A DNA stretch of 63,860 nucleotides, filler included, from Hausera hauseri (Eukaryota): the NCBI GenBank assembly GCA_046269625.1. It is 12 parts of 12 records of this genome, joined end to end, with 100 filler letters (N's around TTAATTAATTAA, not from the genome) between each part and the next. Parts side by side here need not be neighbours in the genome. Positions count along the whole stretch, not along the records: positions 1 to 7,846 come from JBJURY010901091.1; positions 7,947 to 12,369 come from JBJURY010590112.1; 10 more parts are not named here. One strand, given 5' to 3'. Below are positions 1-12,469 of this stretch, one piece after another. How positions within the stretch are numbered: the stretch's first letter is position 1; every line of letters starts with the position of its first letter. Below the pieces are notes generated by a model that was not told where the DNA came from, did not search any database, and saw only the letters and a list, made by a program, of their open reading frames with translations. Position numbers and translations under genes: made by a program.

Positions 1-1560
1 GGATCGGATGGCTTTTAAGCTTTCGGGCAATCCCGGAGCCCCCCACCACACAGCCCGAGAAACTCCAGAAATCATCGAACTGCCTGGCCTCCATCACCAG
101 CGTCTGACAGGCAGCGCAGACGGACACGGTGAAGGAGGTGGAGCTGACGTGAGGCGGGGTTTTTTGTTGTTGTTCTTTTTCCCAAAGGTTTTCACTTTTC
201 CTCGCTTTCCAACAACTACATAAACAGTCCCAAATGAATACACAGAAACATACACACATCTTCAGACTCCTGAGGATCCATTTACTGGGACTGTTATAAA
301 AACAGGCATGGCTTCAAGAGACTGTTCCTACAGCATCAAGAACTTAACTGCAAAAAAGAGAAGAGCAGAATATGAAGACAGCAGTAGGTGCAGAAACCTA
401 CCTAAAGTACTTTGATTATGGTGACACGGCCTCTAGTTTGGCTTATATCAAGATTCTTGAATATTGGTATTGGAAAGTAGTAGACTATAGGATTCAAGTT
501 ACATTTGGAAATATAAAAAAAGCTTTTGTTTAAATTTATTAAAAGAAACAGAGAAGAAAATGCAGCATGTCAAGAAACATCTTGACATGTTTGTGAGGCT
601 TGTTCATTTTCATTCCATTTCATTTTTTATAACATTCCACGTCTTTTCATTAAATGTAACACTCGGGTTTGTCTATGAAAACTCCCCCGCAATTGCTCCA
701 CGTCACAGTCGTCTTGTTACTATAAATAATTACTCCACAAACCACAGATGTCATTAACGTAAAGAAACATGTATTTTAAACTACCGCATAACAAACAAAT
801 TTTGGTTATTAATTCATTTCCGTCAGCAGGCATTAGCTTCGGCGATTATAGACCATGGTTACTGTTAAATTTAATAGTAGTATGATGCATTTTGCAACAA
901 TAAAGTACTGTTAAAATCGGAGAAAGAACCAATATGAAGAATACTACGACGGTTGATATGGGAGCATTTTCATGACATGAGATCCCTTATTTGTGTGTAA
1001 AACAATTGTTGTGAGATGTTTGAGTGCAGGACATATGCACGATATACAGTTATGCATTGAATATCCGTCAAGTAAAAACGAATCGTTAGGCTGACGGAAT
1101 TAACAGTAATGAAAAACAAAACAATTTTGAGTGTTATTCCGAATCCGTTGGAATTTAAAATCATTAAAATGAAAAAGAACAACTATGAAAGAATTGAACA
1201 ATATAAACGTCTTGCTAATTTGCATGAAATAATTTTGAAAAGATATACCGTGTCCCAACAGATCGAAGAATATATACTGACAGTAAAATGGGATCCAGGA
1301 ACTTGGTATTAGACAATCTGAGTTTTGTCGAACAAAATCTTCGAAATCCGTTTGAAAAGTAAAGTGTCTTAGAATTTTGAAATTTATACCGGATCAGAAA
1401 ATCAATTATTGACATATGATTTTTTGATGGATCATATTTGATATCGTATTTGTCGTATTCGCTCGGCATTACATCATCGCCCTCCCCCCTTGGCAAGACG
1501 AAGACTATGAAGAGAAGAAAATAAATGGAAATTATAGGAGGCAGAAGGAAGAGCTTATAC

Positions 1561-4500
1561 CTATTCGGTTTCGGTACGTGTTAGACGTTGGACTCCATCC
1601 ATGAACTTCTCTCCGCTGTAAGTGGTAAACGTCACATGACGTTTAGATGTTGCTAGTGCCTGTGGGGTTGTTTGAGGGAAAGAAGCTGTGGATTTTGTGA
1701 TCTTTCTGGAGGTTGTTTCATGAAGAGGTGAAAATGGAGAAGAAACTAAAGACTGAAGTGGGGCAAGCGAAAGAGGCGATACTGGAGATGGAAGCAAATT
1801 GTGCGATGACGGTGAATTGAGTGGAGGGTGTACAGGCGATGACGTCGAAGTGAGTGGTGAATGAACAGTAAACGATGACGGAAGTGGAAAGAATTGATTG
1901 CGACTCGATTGCTGCTACGGCTCAAAATTATCGAGGAAATTAGATAATGACACGCGGATAGAGAAATTAGAGTCAGAATCTGAAACAAGCTGTTATCCTG
2001 GTCATCATTAGCGAAGAATGCTGGCTTAAGATTAGAGATATGCACATTTCAAGGTTTGTCCGTGGGTAAAATAGTAGCGGTGTGCGAACAAAGGTTTAGT
2101 AGTTTGTAAGGGCCAACGTATTGAGACTGAAAACCAGACGGTGAAAGATCCCTCAACCATACAAACTTGGCTGAGTATATGCCCTCTGGAATATAAGATT
2201 TGTCTTTGTTTATAAGACGGCAAAGGCATTCAAGTTTACATCAGCAAAGTGAGACTGCGCCGCACGAATAACTTCATCTGATAGACATTCATCCAGATTG
2301 GAGAGCTCAAATAGTGCTCGAATTGGTGTCCCAAAGAGAGATTCAGCCGGTGAACAACCTGTGGTAATATATGACGTGTTGCGCCAATCAATTAGGACAA
2401 GAGGAAAAATCGAGGTCCAATTACGCTTGTTGCTTACCAGGATTTTTAAAGAAATCTTCATGGTGCGGTGGAGTCTCTCAAGAAGACCATTTGCTTTGGG
2501 ATGGTACGGCGTCGTATGGAATTGGGCTATCCTCAAGTGCTTTACTAGAGATTTAAAAAGATCAGCTTCAAATTGCATATTCTGGTCCGTTATGATGTAA
2601 CGTGGTGAACCAAAACGGCTGACCCGTATCTTAGTAAATGCATCTGCTACTGAGTCAGTGTTGGTTGATCAAAGCGGAACGGCTTCAGGCCAGCGAGAAG
2701 CGCGATCCATTATGGATAAGATGTATTGATAGCCGTTGTCGGATGGCAAAGGACCGACAAGATCCAAATGCACAGTGTCAAAACGGGACGTACAAGAAAA
2801 GTGGTAAAGTGGTAGTTTTAGATGTTTGTGGACCTTGTATTGCTGGCATGCTGCACATCCCTTGACCCAGATCTGTACATCTGTACGCATAGTTTGCCAT
2901 ACAACGTGGCGTTGCAGTAGGCAACATGTGGCTTTTGAACCCGGATGATGAAGAGAGTGAAAGTGATTGAAAGCTGTTTTTTGTAGCGATGGAGCACGAA
3001 TGATCTTCTTGTTGGTCGAGTTGGAAGTGTCATAAGCTATGCCATCGATGATTTCAACAAATTTAAAAGCTTGGAGAATGTCAAATGCTAGCTGATTGCT
3101 TTTCAGGACCCCAAAGGAGAAAATTGGATGAACTGTAATTGAGTTAACTGACCGCGAAAAAAAAGCCGCTACTAAATTTTCGGTGCCTGAAATATATTTC
3201 ATGGAAAAGTTAAACGTCGACAGGTATGATATTTGTCGTTCTTGTCTGGGTGATGGCTGTTTCAAAGTCATTATATGAAATAAAGGCTTATAGTCGGTTT
3301 GGATGGTAAATTGACGTGAAAGAATCAAGTGCTTGAAATGCTTTACCGCTAAAACTACAGCCAAGAGTACACGGTCGAATGTGGAGTATCGGCTTTCCGG
3401 TTGCGTGACCTTTCGGGAATAGAACTCTAATGGTTCATCGACGCCATTGCATATTTGGTGTAATATCGCACCAATTGCTGTGGTTGAGGCATCGGTAGTT
3501 AATATTAGTTCAGCGTTTGGCTTTGGAAAAGCCAAGATTTCCAGTTTTCAGACCTTCACGAAGACAATCAAATTGGTTTACTAGATCGGCAGTCCAATGG
3601 ATTAATTGTCTTTTCTTTCCAGATGAGAGGTGTGCGAACGGTGACGTTAGTTTGGGGCAGTGTGGCACGTATTTGTGTATGAGATGCAATGTACCTAGAA
3701 AACTCCGCATATCCGTAGTTTTAGCTGGCAACGTTACATTTTTTAATTGTTTTAAGCGATCAGGCTGGAGCGAATGCCCTTCGGGAGTAATTATGTGGCC
3801 TAGGAAGTTTACGTGTTTCTGGAAGAAATTGCATTTGTAGAAATTAATTCGCAGGTTACTTTAATGCAATTTGTGGAAAATAATTCTAAGATGCTCATGA
3901 TGTTGTTTTATGGGACTGGAAGCGATTAATATGTCATCTATATATGGGTGAGCAAAATTGAGTCCAGAAAAAACGGTGTCAATGTGGCGCTGAAAGGTCT
4001 GAGATGCACTACGTAGGCCGAAAGGCATAAAGATGTATTCGTAAAGACCAAACGGTGTGATGACAGCAGTTTTTGGAATGTTATCAAGCGCAACAGGGAT
4101 TTGATAATAGGCCTTGTGCAGATAATAGTAGAATAAGTATTGGTGTTTATGATGCTATGAAGAATATCCTTAATGAGTGGTAGTGGATAGGCATCTGTAA
4201 GAGTCAGATTGTTTAATTGTCGATAGTCGCCACGTGGCCTATAGGTTCCATCTTTTTTTACCACTACATGAAGAGGAGAGGCCCATGGCGAATTTGATCT
4301 CTGAACGATGCCAGAACTTTCCAGTTCATTAAACTCCTGCTCAACAGCCTTACGTCTGCGTGGCGACAAAGGTCTGACCTTCTGTTTGATGGGCCTCTGA
4401 TGCTCCGTTACTATGTGATGATAAGTTGAGGATAAGAGCTTGAAGTTGACGTTTCTTTTAACTATTCGAAAGCATGATATTGTGATATATGATCTAAGGT

Positions 4501-5185
4501 CGGGGTCTAAAGATAAAAAAGATTGAGGCGTATTAATAGAAGGAACAGCTGCAATGACTGAAGAGAGGCAACTGGCATCGCTACTGTCGACATCTAATTT
4601 GGATTCCTGTTTCAGAATAGATATAGGATTTTCGTTCATAACTGAAGGTGTGCCGACTTTATCGGAAGTTTTTTTAATAGATGACGAAAAGTTTAGCATG
4701 TCTCCAAATGAGTGCAATAAATTGCTTGCTAGATTGTCTGCGAGACACATGTTTGAAGTTGAAATCGAGTTTGTGTTGAGAAGACAGCTGTATTTGCAAT
4801 CTGTCAATAGATCATGTGCGGCAAGAAAATCTGAGCCTATTATGGGAGATTTAATGTTGGCCACGTGGAAATTCCAGAAAAACTTATCTGTCAAGTTGGA
4901 AAATTTGAAAGTCAATTCCGTAGTTCCTGCAACATGCAACGGTTGACCACTGGCAGTAAAAAGCGGTGGACAGGAAATCATAGTCAATGTAGGAACGAAG
5001 GACAACGGAAGGAGTGAAATGGCAACTCCTGAATCTATAAGGAAGTCGATATGTGCAGCATCACTGAATAACAGTGCAGCCTTCAACAGAAAGACTGCAG
5101 AGGCGGTGTTAAAACGGCCAGAAGATTGAGCGATGTTGCCTGCGCCAAAAAGTGCCGTAAAATCTGGCGGCATTATGAATTTTTT
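1561..5185 (-). pseudogene. pol: Gypsy pol (PR-RT-RH-IN plus Ser/Pro-rich tail) with frameshifts and stops
   Basis: ORF fragments 3938-5173, 3510-3731, 2669-3535, 2210-2578 and 1561-1797 carry consecutive pol motifs. Confidence 0.9.
5143..5185 (-). promoter_or_regulatory. -1 ribosomal frameshift signal (A AAA AAU, 6-nt spacer, H-type pseudoknot)
   Basis: Gag ends CCA AAA AAT TCA TAA and pol is in the -1 frame. Stems UGCCG/CGGCA and GCCAGA/UUUGGC. Also present at 6870-6911 and 59873-59915. Confidence 0.75.
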
Positions 5186-6350
5186 GGAGGATTTGGAGGA
5201 AAGGACGAAGAGGAAGAAAAACTAGGAGATTTTTTGTTATAATGTCTACAACCAGGCACACATGACCTGGCCTGTGATTGATATTTGTTATGGTATATAC
5301 AAATAGGGTTGTTTACAGCGTATCGCTCACTAAAGAATCGACAGCCCAAGATACATTTCCTTGCTTCCTTTCAAAAACGCGTTTGGTAGAAACAAGTCAT
5401 GCGTCCGCCAGGTGAAGTGAACCGAAAAGAGTGCATTGAAGTGCTTCGCTTCCGTGAACGTCTGGTTTCACTTCGTAGAGGTTTATTAAGATTACTTAGT
5501 TGGGTTGTAATGGCCAAAACTAATTGTTGTAGAATGTCAAACTGTTGCTGCATCATTTGCAATTGTTGAGTAAAGAATGTTGTATCTGTAGTTGGAGCAC
5601 ATGTGGTTACAGCAGCAACAGGGAGAGAACTGTTATTATGAAGAATCTCAAAGGATTTGTCAGCCATTATTGCCAGTTTTTCGATAGCAGTGGATTCGTC
5701 GACAACGGTTAGTAACGCTCTGATTGAGGTTGGCAAAGACGATAAGAAATAACGGCGAATCAAATCCGCGTTATTCGCAGGGGTCACTCCTATCGCGCTG
5801 AGCTACAGAATGGCTATTTGGAGAAAGTTGGATGGCTTTTGGTTTCCTATTGCGTGGTCATTAAAATACTTTTGCATTGTATTGTCAATTGAAGGATCCA
5901 TGACATGCAGTACAGCGTCACAGAATGTCTCTTAAGGTGTCGAGAATTGTAGCAGCTCAGAAATATTATTAATCTGCTGCTTGATGTTGGCAGGCAAAAG
6001 AATTAAAAGGCTATTGGCTTGCACAAAAGAATCTGTGATGTTGTTCAATTTTAGCCACTGTTGGTGAAATTGGAGCCGTGGTTTGCTGGAGTTGTTTTTA
6101 TCAAGGAAAAACTCTACACAAAGCAAATTTATCGAAACTCGAACCTGTTCGAGTGTGGCAAACGATATATGTTGCCCGTATTCGTGGATTTATCACCTAA
6201 GCATGATAGATTTGGATCCGGTCCACCCCGAAGGCCAAAATGCGGCATAAGGTGGATGACTAGACGTTCATGGCATGCAAAAGACAAGAGTGAGTCGACG
6301 GGATGTATATTGATACCTCGATGTGTGAAATAGAAGTTGGCAGTGTCGAG
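5173..6350 (-). pseudogene. gag: Gypsy gag, CsRN1-like, with duplicated C-x2-H-x9-C-x3-C (CHCC) motif
   Basis: ORFs 5932-6126 and 5371-5787 (IRRYFLSSLPTSIRALL...LAIMADK); homologous to 59915-61050. Confidence 0.85.
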
Positions 6351-6688
6351 TGAGGAGTATAGAGAGGTGTGTAGTAGCTGCGCCGTGGCATTGAGTAGAT
6401 CCTTAATGGTCGTTGTGTTGATTGTTATTGAAGATAAAGAAGTAGAGCTTCAGAGAAGCAATTTCAGGAGAATGGTAAAATGCAAAATGAGCTTGTGCGG
6501 TTTGCTTCCGTGTTAACAAGAGATATTGGCGTGCAGTCGGGATAGCGGTGGCAAGTGATGATTGCAGTAAAGGAGTATCCAAAGATATTAAACTGAAAAA
6601 CATCTTAAAGTAAAAAATGGTGTGAGTTATGAAGGGTTTGTAAATGAGAAGAACATGGCCGCACCGGTGGGCATAAATCAATAAAAAA

Positions 6689-7846
6689 AAGCAAGGACAT
6701 GTTTTTTGGGATGTTGATTCTTTAGTGAGCGATACGCTGTAAACAACCCTATTTGTATATACCACAACAAATATAAGTCACAGACCAGATCATGTGTGCC
6801 TGGTTGTAGACAATACAACCAAAAATCACTTAGCTTTTTGTCCTCTTCTTCCTTTCCTCCAAATCCTCCGAAAAATCAATAATGCCACCAGATACCACGG
6901 CACATTCTGGTACAGGCAATATCGTTCAATCTTCTGGCCGTTTCAACACCGCCTCTGCAGTCTTTCTGTTGAAAGCTGAAATGTTATTTAGAGCCACATC
7001 ACAAATAGATTTCCTTATCGATTCAGGAGCTGCATTTTCACTTCTTCCTTTGTCTTTCGCTACTACATCTAACACAGTTTTCTGTCCTCCACTCTTTACT
7101 GCCTGTGGTCAACCTTTGAACATTGTAGGTATTACAAAACTGACCTTCATATTCTCCAACCTACCAGGGAAATTTTTCTGGAATTTTCACATAGGCAGCA
7201 TCAGATCACCCATAATAGGCTCCGATTTCCTGGCTTCATACGATTTATTAGTCGAATGCAAGCATAAATGCCTCCTGCACAGAAATTTCGTTGCAAATTC
7301 TAACAAATGATCACTAAACGACCAGTCGGACACTTTCTCTTCCTCTATTCATTCAAATGTCAATTTGACATCCTGTTCATCGGCTAATAACAACACAATT
7401 AACAATTCATCAATATTTGCAATCTCGTCAAGTGGGAACAAATCAATCTTGAAACAATCGGCTGAACCAAATGTCGTTAATGAAGCATCTAGTCATTCTA
7501 CATCAATTATAGCAACTGACTCTTATAATGATATGTTCTTATCATTCTTATCGTTGGGTTCTGACCGTAAATCCTACATTAAAACTTCTTGTTCCTGTAC
7601 TCTTAAGAAGGACATCAATTTCAAGCCGAATTCTACAACATAGCACTACATAGTCACCGAACACCAAAGACCTATTAGACAAAAGGTAAAGCCACTTTCA
7701 CCTCGCAGACGAAAAGCTGTTGAATCAGAGTTCAATGAACTCGAAAAGGCGGGCATTATTTGAGGATCCAAATCACTATGGGCTTCGCCTTTGCATGGTG
7801 TGACGAAGAAAGATGGCACATACAGACCATGCAGTGATTATTGGCA
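6689..7846 (+). mobile_element. Second, inverted partial copy of the same Gypsy family (gag C-terminus, protease, RT start)
   Basis: ORF 6882-7310 (MPPDTTAHSG...FLIDSGAAFSLLP) is a clear paralog of 3938-5173. RT start SLWASPLHGVTKKDGTYRP runs to the contig end. Confidence 0.9.
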
Positions 7847-7946
7847 NNNNNNNNNNNNNNNNNNNNNNNNNNNNNNNNNNNNNNNNNNNNTTAATTAATT
7901 AANNNNNNNNNNNNNNNNNNNNNNNNNNNNNNNNNNNNNNNNNNNN
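7847..7946. other. Artificial contig linker
   Basis: N44-TTAATTAATTAA-N44. Confidence 0.99.
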
Positions 7947-8508
7947 CACAGTTCCTTTAGGCTTTCGGACTAACATTACTTCGCTGGCACAGAAAAGTTC
8001 AGACATTTGCGGTTGGAAGAAACTTATATTTTCTGGAACTCTTCTTAGAACCGGAAACTATTTCTGACCATGAAAAGTTCTCCCAGAAGAAATGAATATT
8101 TGTACACCAACTATTTTAGTAAAGTCAGCAAGTCCGATGTTTTCATTTCCTTCAATGAGTAATCGGCATCGTTGGGATGAATTTTATTCTTTGTGTTATT
8201 GAACGTGGTCGTTCTAATAAACAATATTAAATGTTTCATTTAGAAATATTACATATGCGTATGTGAATGTTTTCAGAAGGCCCACCTTCATAATATTCTA
8301 CATATTTACAATATTCTATACAGTGTCAAAAAGTCGTGAAAACTTAAATTTTGGAAGAAACAAATTAAACATGACAACAGTGTACCATGTAACACGGAAT
8401 GGTAACGTTAATTTTGATCATAAAACAGTCAAACACTGGCGTTGTATTAAGGAAGAATATTTATTTAAAAGGCAAAAATACTCTGAATATTAAAACAAAT
8501 ATTGAACA

Positions 8509-11500
8509 CTCGCTCCCGCTGAACCTCAGGTACGATATATTATCGGTACTCTTCACGGCCACTGAGAGTTCCATCTTCTCATTGGTATGTCATCGAGAGT
8601 TCGTTCTAATTCATTGTCGCTTCGTTGGGAATCTGCTGGTGGTTCTTCTATTATCGAAAGCACTTCTGGATTTAATATCTGTATGACCATCATTATTACG
8701 AGTTGTGCTTTTTCTGATCTCCTTTTTTATACGGATTATATTTCTGTCAATCACCTTCCCGTCACTTAGTCTTTCTAGCTGGTACACATGTTTCTCAATT
8801 TTTAACGATTTTGTACGGTCCATCGTAATTAGATTGGCGAACTCCTTTTGCTTTTAGGAGTATTGTAGCCATTACTGTGATTCCTATTGACATGTCGCTT
8901 ATATCTCTTCCTTCTTTAAACAGACGCGCCTTTACTTTCTCTAGAATGCGTTGTCCAACTACACGTAGTTGCTTCTGCTGATGATTAACATAATTGTTCA
9001 CTAACCTTCGTTTTTGCTGACCAATTCTTTCTTGAGAATAAATCGATCTTATCTGCCATCCAAAGATTATTTCAAACGGTGAGAACCAAGTACTTTGGCT
9101 AACTGTACTTCTGAGACCAAATTCAATAGCGGGGATCGCTTTGTCAAAGTCACAACCCGACGATAAACATGTAGCAAACAGCATGTGTTTGACGGTACCA
9201 AATAGTCTTTCCACAACGGCATCGCCTTGTGCATAATATGGGTAACTGATCGATTTTCTAATTTCCAGAGTCATGATTTCATTCTCAAATGAAGTGCTTT
9301 GATTGAAGTGAATCCTTGTTGGAATCTCAAAAACCGGAATTCATTTTGAAAATACTTCTTTACAAACCATTTTAGCATCTATATTTTTCAATAGAATTAA
9401 CATAATTGTGTACTTCGAGTAACTGTCAGTCATTCCAAGGATGTATCTATTTCTCTTTCCGGCAAAGGCCCTGTGATATCTATGGATGTCATTTTGAACG
9501 TATACCCAGCACTGAGCGATCCCGGTTTGTTACTACCTAAGTTTTTTTCCAATCTTTCGTGCCAAACATTTATCGAATTTTCCGACTCTTAATCTCACGT
9601 CAAAGCTCATTTCAAGTCAGTAGTGTCTGCTGTAGCAAAACAGTTGCTTTGTTCACACCGATATGTCCATGAAACACGTGAACGTGACCAATGACATTTT
9701 GTAGCCTGTCCCTAGGCAGTATTAATTTATAGCCATCTTTGTGTATCTTATGTAGAAGACCCCCTTTGATTCTAAGGTTCTTCGGCCTTCACCATAGTAT
9801 TTTTGCTTCATTTTCGACCGTTTGCAATTCTACTGGATATTCCTCATCAAATTGTTTTTCTTTCATCAGTCTAAGAATGATGATAGATTTTATTTCCCTT
9901 CTAATCCATACCTTCTTCTTCCTGCATTATGCGGCAACAGTATATAATGGTTTTATCTTATCGTTCGAGGTATCGTCATAATATTTTGCATTTCTTTTAA
10001 CTTGGGCTTGTCGTGGCTCAGTGTACATTTCTGACACTGTTCGGGTGCTCTGGACAGGATATCCGAATTCTTGTGTTCGCCCTTCCTATACTGAACGTCA
10101 GTGTTGAACATACTTAACTCTGTTAACCAGTTTTTGCTGAGCATCCATGTTGATGCCTTGTGGTCTTTTCGTATAACAAATTTCCTGCCAAAAAGAGTGT
10201 TTGAACATCTTAGCATACTTTTAAACGCTTAACAGTTCTTTGCATGTTGCGCAATAATGTTGTTTTGCCTTTGACAGCTTGTGCGACGCAAAAGCGTTGC
10301 TTTGTTCCTTTCCTGATTGAATTTGATAGCACTGTTCCTATTGTGCTATCTGACGCGTCCGTGTCCAAGACAAAAAGCTTTTGCTGTGCGGTATTGATAG
10401 GATTGGCGCCGTGGTCAATTGTGTTTCTAGACATCTGAAAGCTTCATCCATTTGCTCTGAACATTGTAATTCATGTTCTTTTCTAGTGGATTTTCTATTC
10501 CATATCTCTCTACAGGCTCCTTCCAATGGTAATACTATTTTGGCATAGTCGCGGATATAGTTTCTATAGTAGCCACATAGACCGAGAAATTTCCTCATTT
10601 CCTCTTGGATCTGCGGATTAGGCAAATTTTAGGCATAATTTTTTCATTGTCAGTCGATATACTTTGAGATGATGTGCGATGACCAAGATATCGTACATAC
10701 TATTTCAAAAGTTCGCATTTTGATGGTGAGACTTTTAACCCAGCATCCATAATTTTCTTGAGAACTCTCATTAACCTGCCACTGTGTTCTTTTGATTTCC
10801 CAAATGCCAAAACGTTATCTAAGTAAATTAAGCAATCTTTCCAGTCTTTGAGAATCAATGTTATGGCTTTTTGCAAAAATGGCGGGCGCTGCTGCCAAAC
10901 CTATCGTAAAAATTCCTGAAGACGTCTCTTTGTACTGAAAGCAGTTTTTCCCGATCTTCCTTAGCCAAGAGAATATTATATCCAGCGGCCAGATGAATGG
11001 TGCTAAAATATTTCGAATCTGCCAGTGCGTCGAAAAATTGCTGAGCGTCGGTAATAGTAAATGCTGTAGTTTTTGTTTTCGTACATACAACGACTAGTGA
11101 GTCATTCCATTCCATTTTGAGTCACTCGGTTGTATGATTTTTCTTTTCAATAATTCCTCAGTAAAATCACCAAAGCCATAGGGATTCGTCTTTCGGGTTT
11201 ATTAAGAGGTCTTCTCCCTCAGTTTGATCTTATGTTCAATGTAATTTTTTAATCGTATATGGTGCTTTGATAAGCTGAACACCTCCTTAACATCACTAAT
11301 CATATTCACTACTTCGTCGTCTACTAAATTACCTCTTCCAACTTTCAATGCTACATTATCAAATGTTGTTTTCTCTGAGGTCTCAGCTTCTACTAAATTA
11401 CGAATCTCACAAGGTTCATACAGCTCTCGACCCTCAAACCAGTGCCCATCTACTTTAAATGTTTTGTTGGAATCGTCGTATCAGCATTGATATTTGCGAC

Positions 11501-12369
11501 GAATGGCAGAGATGTTCCTCCGCAATATATACCATTTTTATCGAATGTGACATTAATATTCAAACTATCCATTCCTGGTATTTCTAAAAGAATATCCGGA
11601 CGCAAATAGCCAAGAATCATAAATTTGCGCTTTCTCCTGTTGGCCTCAATATCCGCTCTAAGACACACTTCGGATTTTATTGGTATTATAATATTCATCT
11701 GCGCATTTAACTTTCTTCTTGGACCTCATTATCTCCGCAGTTGGATTCGCGTTTTTGATCTTGGTTACCATCTGTCTGCTAATTGCGTTAACCTCTGCCC
11801 CAGTATATAACATAATTATTTCTTTAACCCCATTTATCTTTGAATTATATATTGGTTTTTGTTCTTTTTCACAGGTTTGGAGCTATTTTCCACATTTTCT
11901 TTCCGACTAGGTTTTGTATGTCTAGTCCTGATCACATTCTTTTGCTGACTGTCTGAGCCCTCACTTTTCACCTCTTTTATTTCGGTTACTTCATACAAAT
12001 TAACTTCATTAGAACTATCACAGGCTCTAATAGATTCCATTCACTGTGTGAGCTACTTGTTGTCTCAGCGAAGTGTAGTGATTTCCTTTTTTCCTGTCTA
12101 CTGAACATGTCTATGTAGCCCTTCTGTTTACATAAGCGACAGAATTTACTCTTCCTGCAACTTTTTAATAAATGATTCTTATTGTTGCAATTCCAACTCA
12201 TAAATTTCTGACCTTAACCATTTTACCTTATCTTCTTGTATCGACACGCTTAATATGCGCGAGCTATCCGGTGAGTCAATCTCTTTTTTATCATTTCGTA
12301 GGTATTGTCTAGTGTTTTCGGTTGTAGCCTCAACAGTGCCCTCTCAGTCTTTTCGCTTGTTAGGCCATT
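8509..12369 (-). mobile_element. Ty3/Gypsy element (different family), heavily decayed gag-pol
   Basis: Degenerate zinc knuckles (11986-12201), RT remnants, RKFLGLCGYYRNYI, FVLDTDASDSTIG, integrase YYAQGDAVVERLFGT, DGPYKIV. PPT-like AGCGGGAGCGAG followed by TGT at 8508. Confidence 0.85.
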
Positions 12370-12469
12370 NNNNNNNNNNNNNNNNNNNNNNNNNNNNNNN
12401 NNNNNNNNNNNNNTTAATTAATTAANNNNNNNNNNNNNNNNNNNNNNNNNNNNNNNNNNNNNNNNNNNN
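12370..12469. other. Artificial contig linker
   Basis: N44-TTAATTAATTAA-N44. Confidence 0.99.

Larger units (their letters stand above)
1474..6688 (-). mobile_element. Ty3/Gypsy LTR retrotransposon internal region, CsRN1-like clade, decayed
   Basis: Order is gag (tandem CHCC motifs), protease (FLIDSG), RT (SPWASPLHVVVKKDGTYRP..DYRQLN), RNase H (LTTDAS, TDYKPL), integrase (H..H, C..C, HLDLVGPLP, YHPKANGLLERLHR). PPT-like AAGGGGGGAGGG at about 1480-1491. Confidence 0.92.

Noticed and set aside
8-223. GC-rich 71-aa ORF at the window start
   Set aside because: No recognisable motif and truncated context; cannot assign.
2298-4946. Plus-strand ORFs opposite Gypsy pol (and similar shadow ORFs opposite ataxin-2, ferritin, PsuG and pPolB)
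   Set aside because: Antisense shadows of real coding sequence with no independent features.
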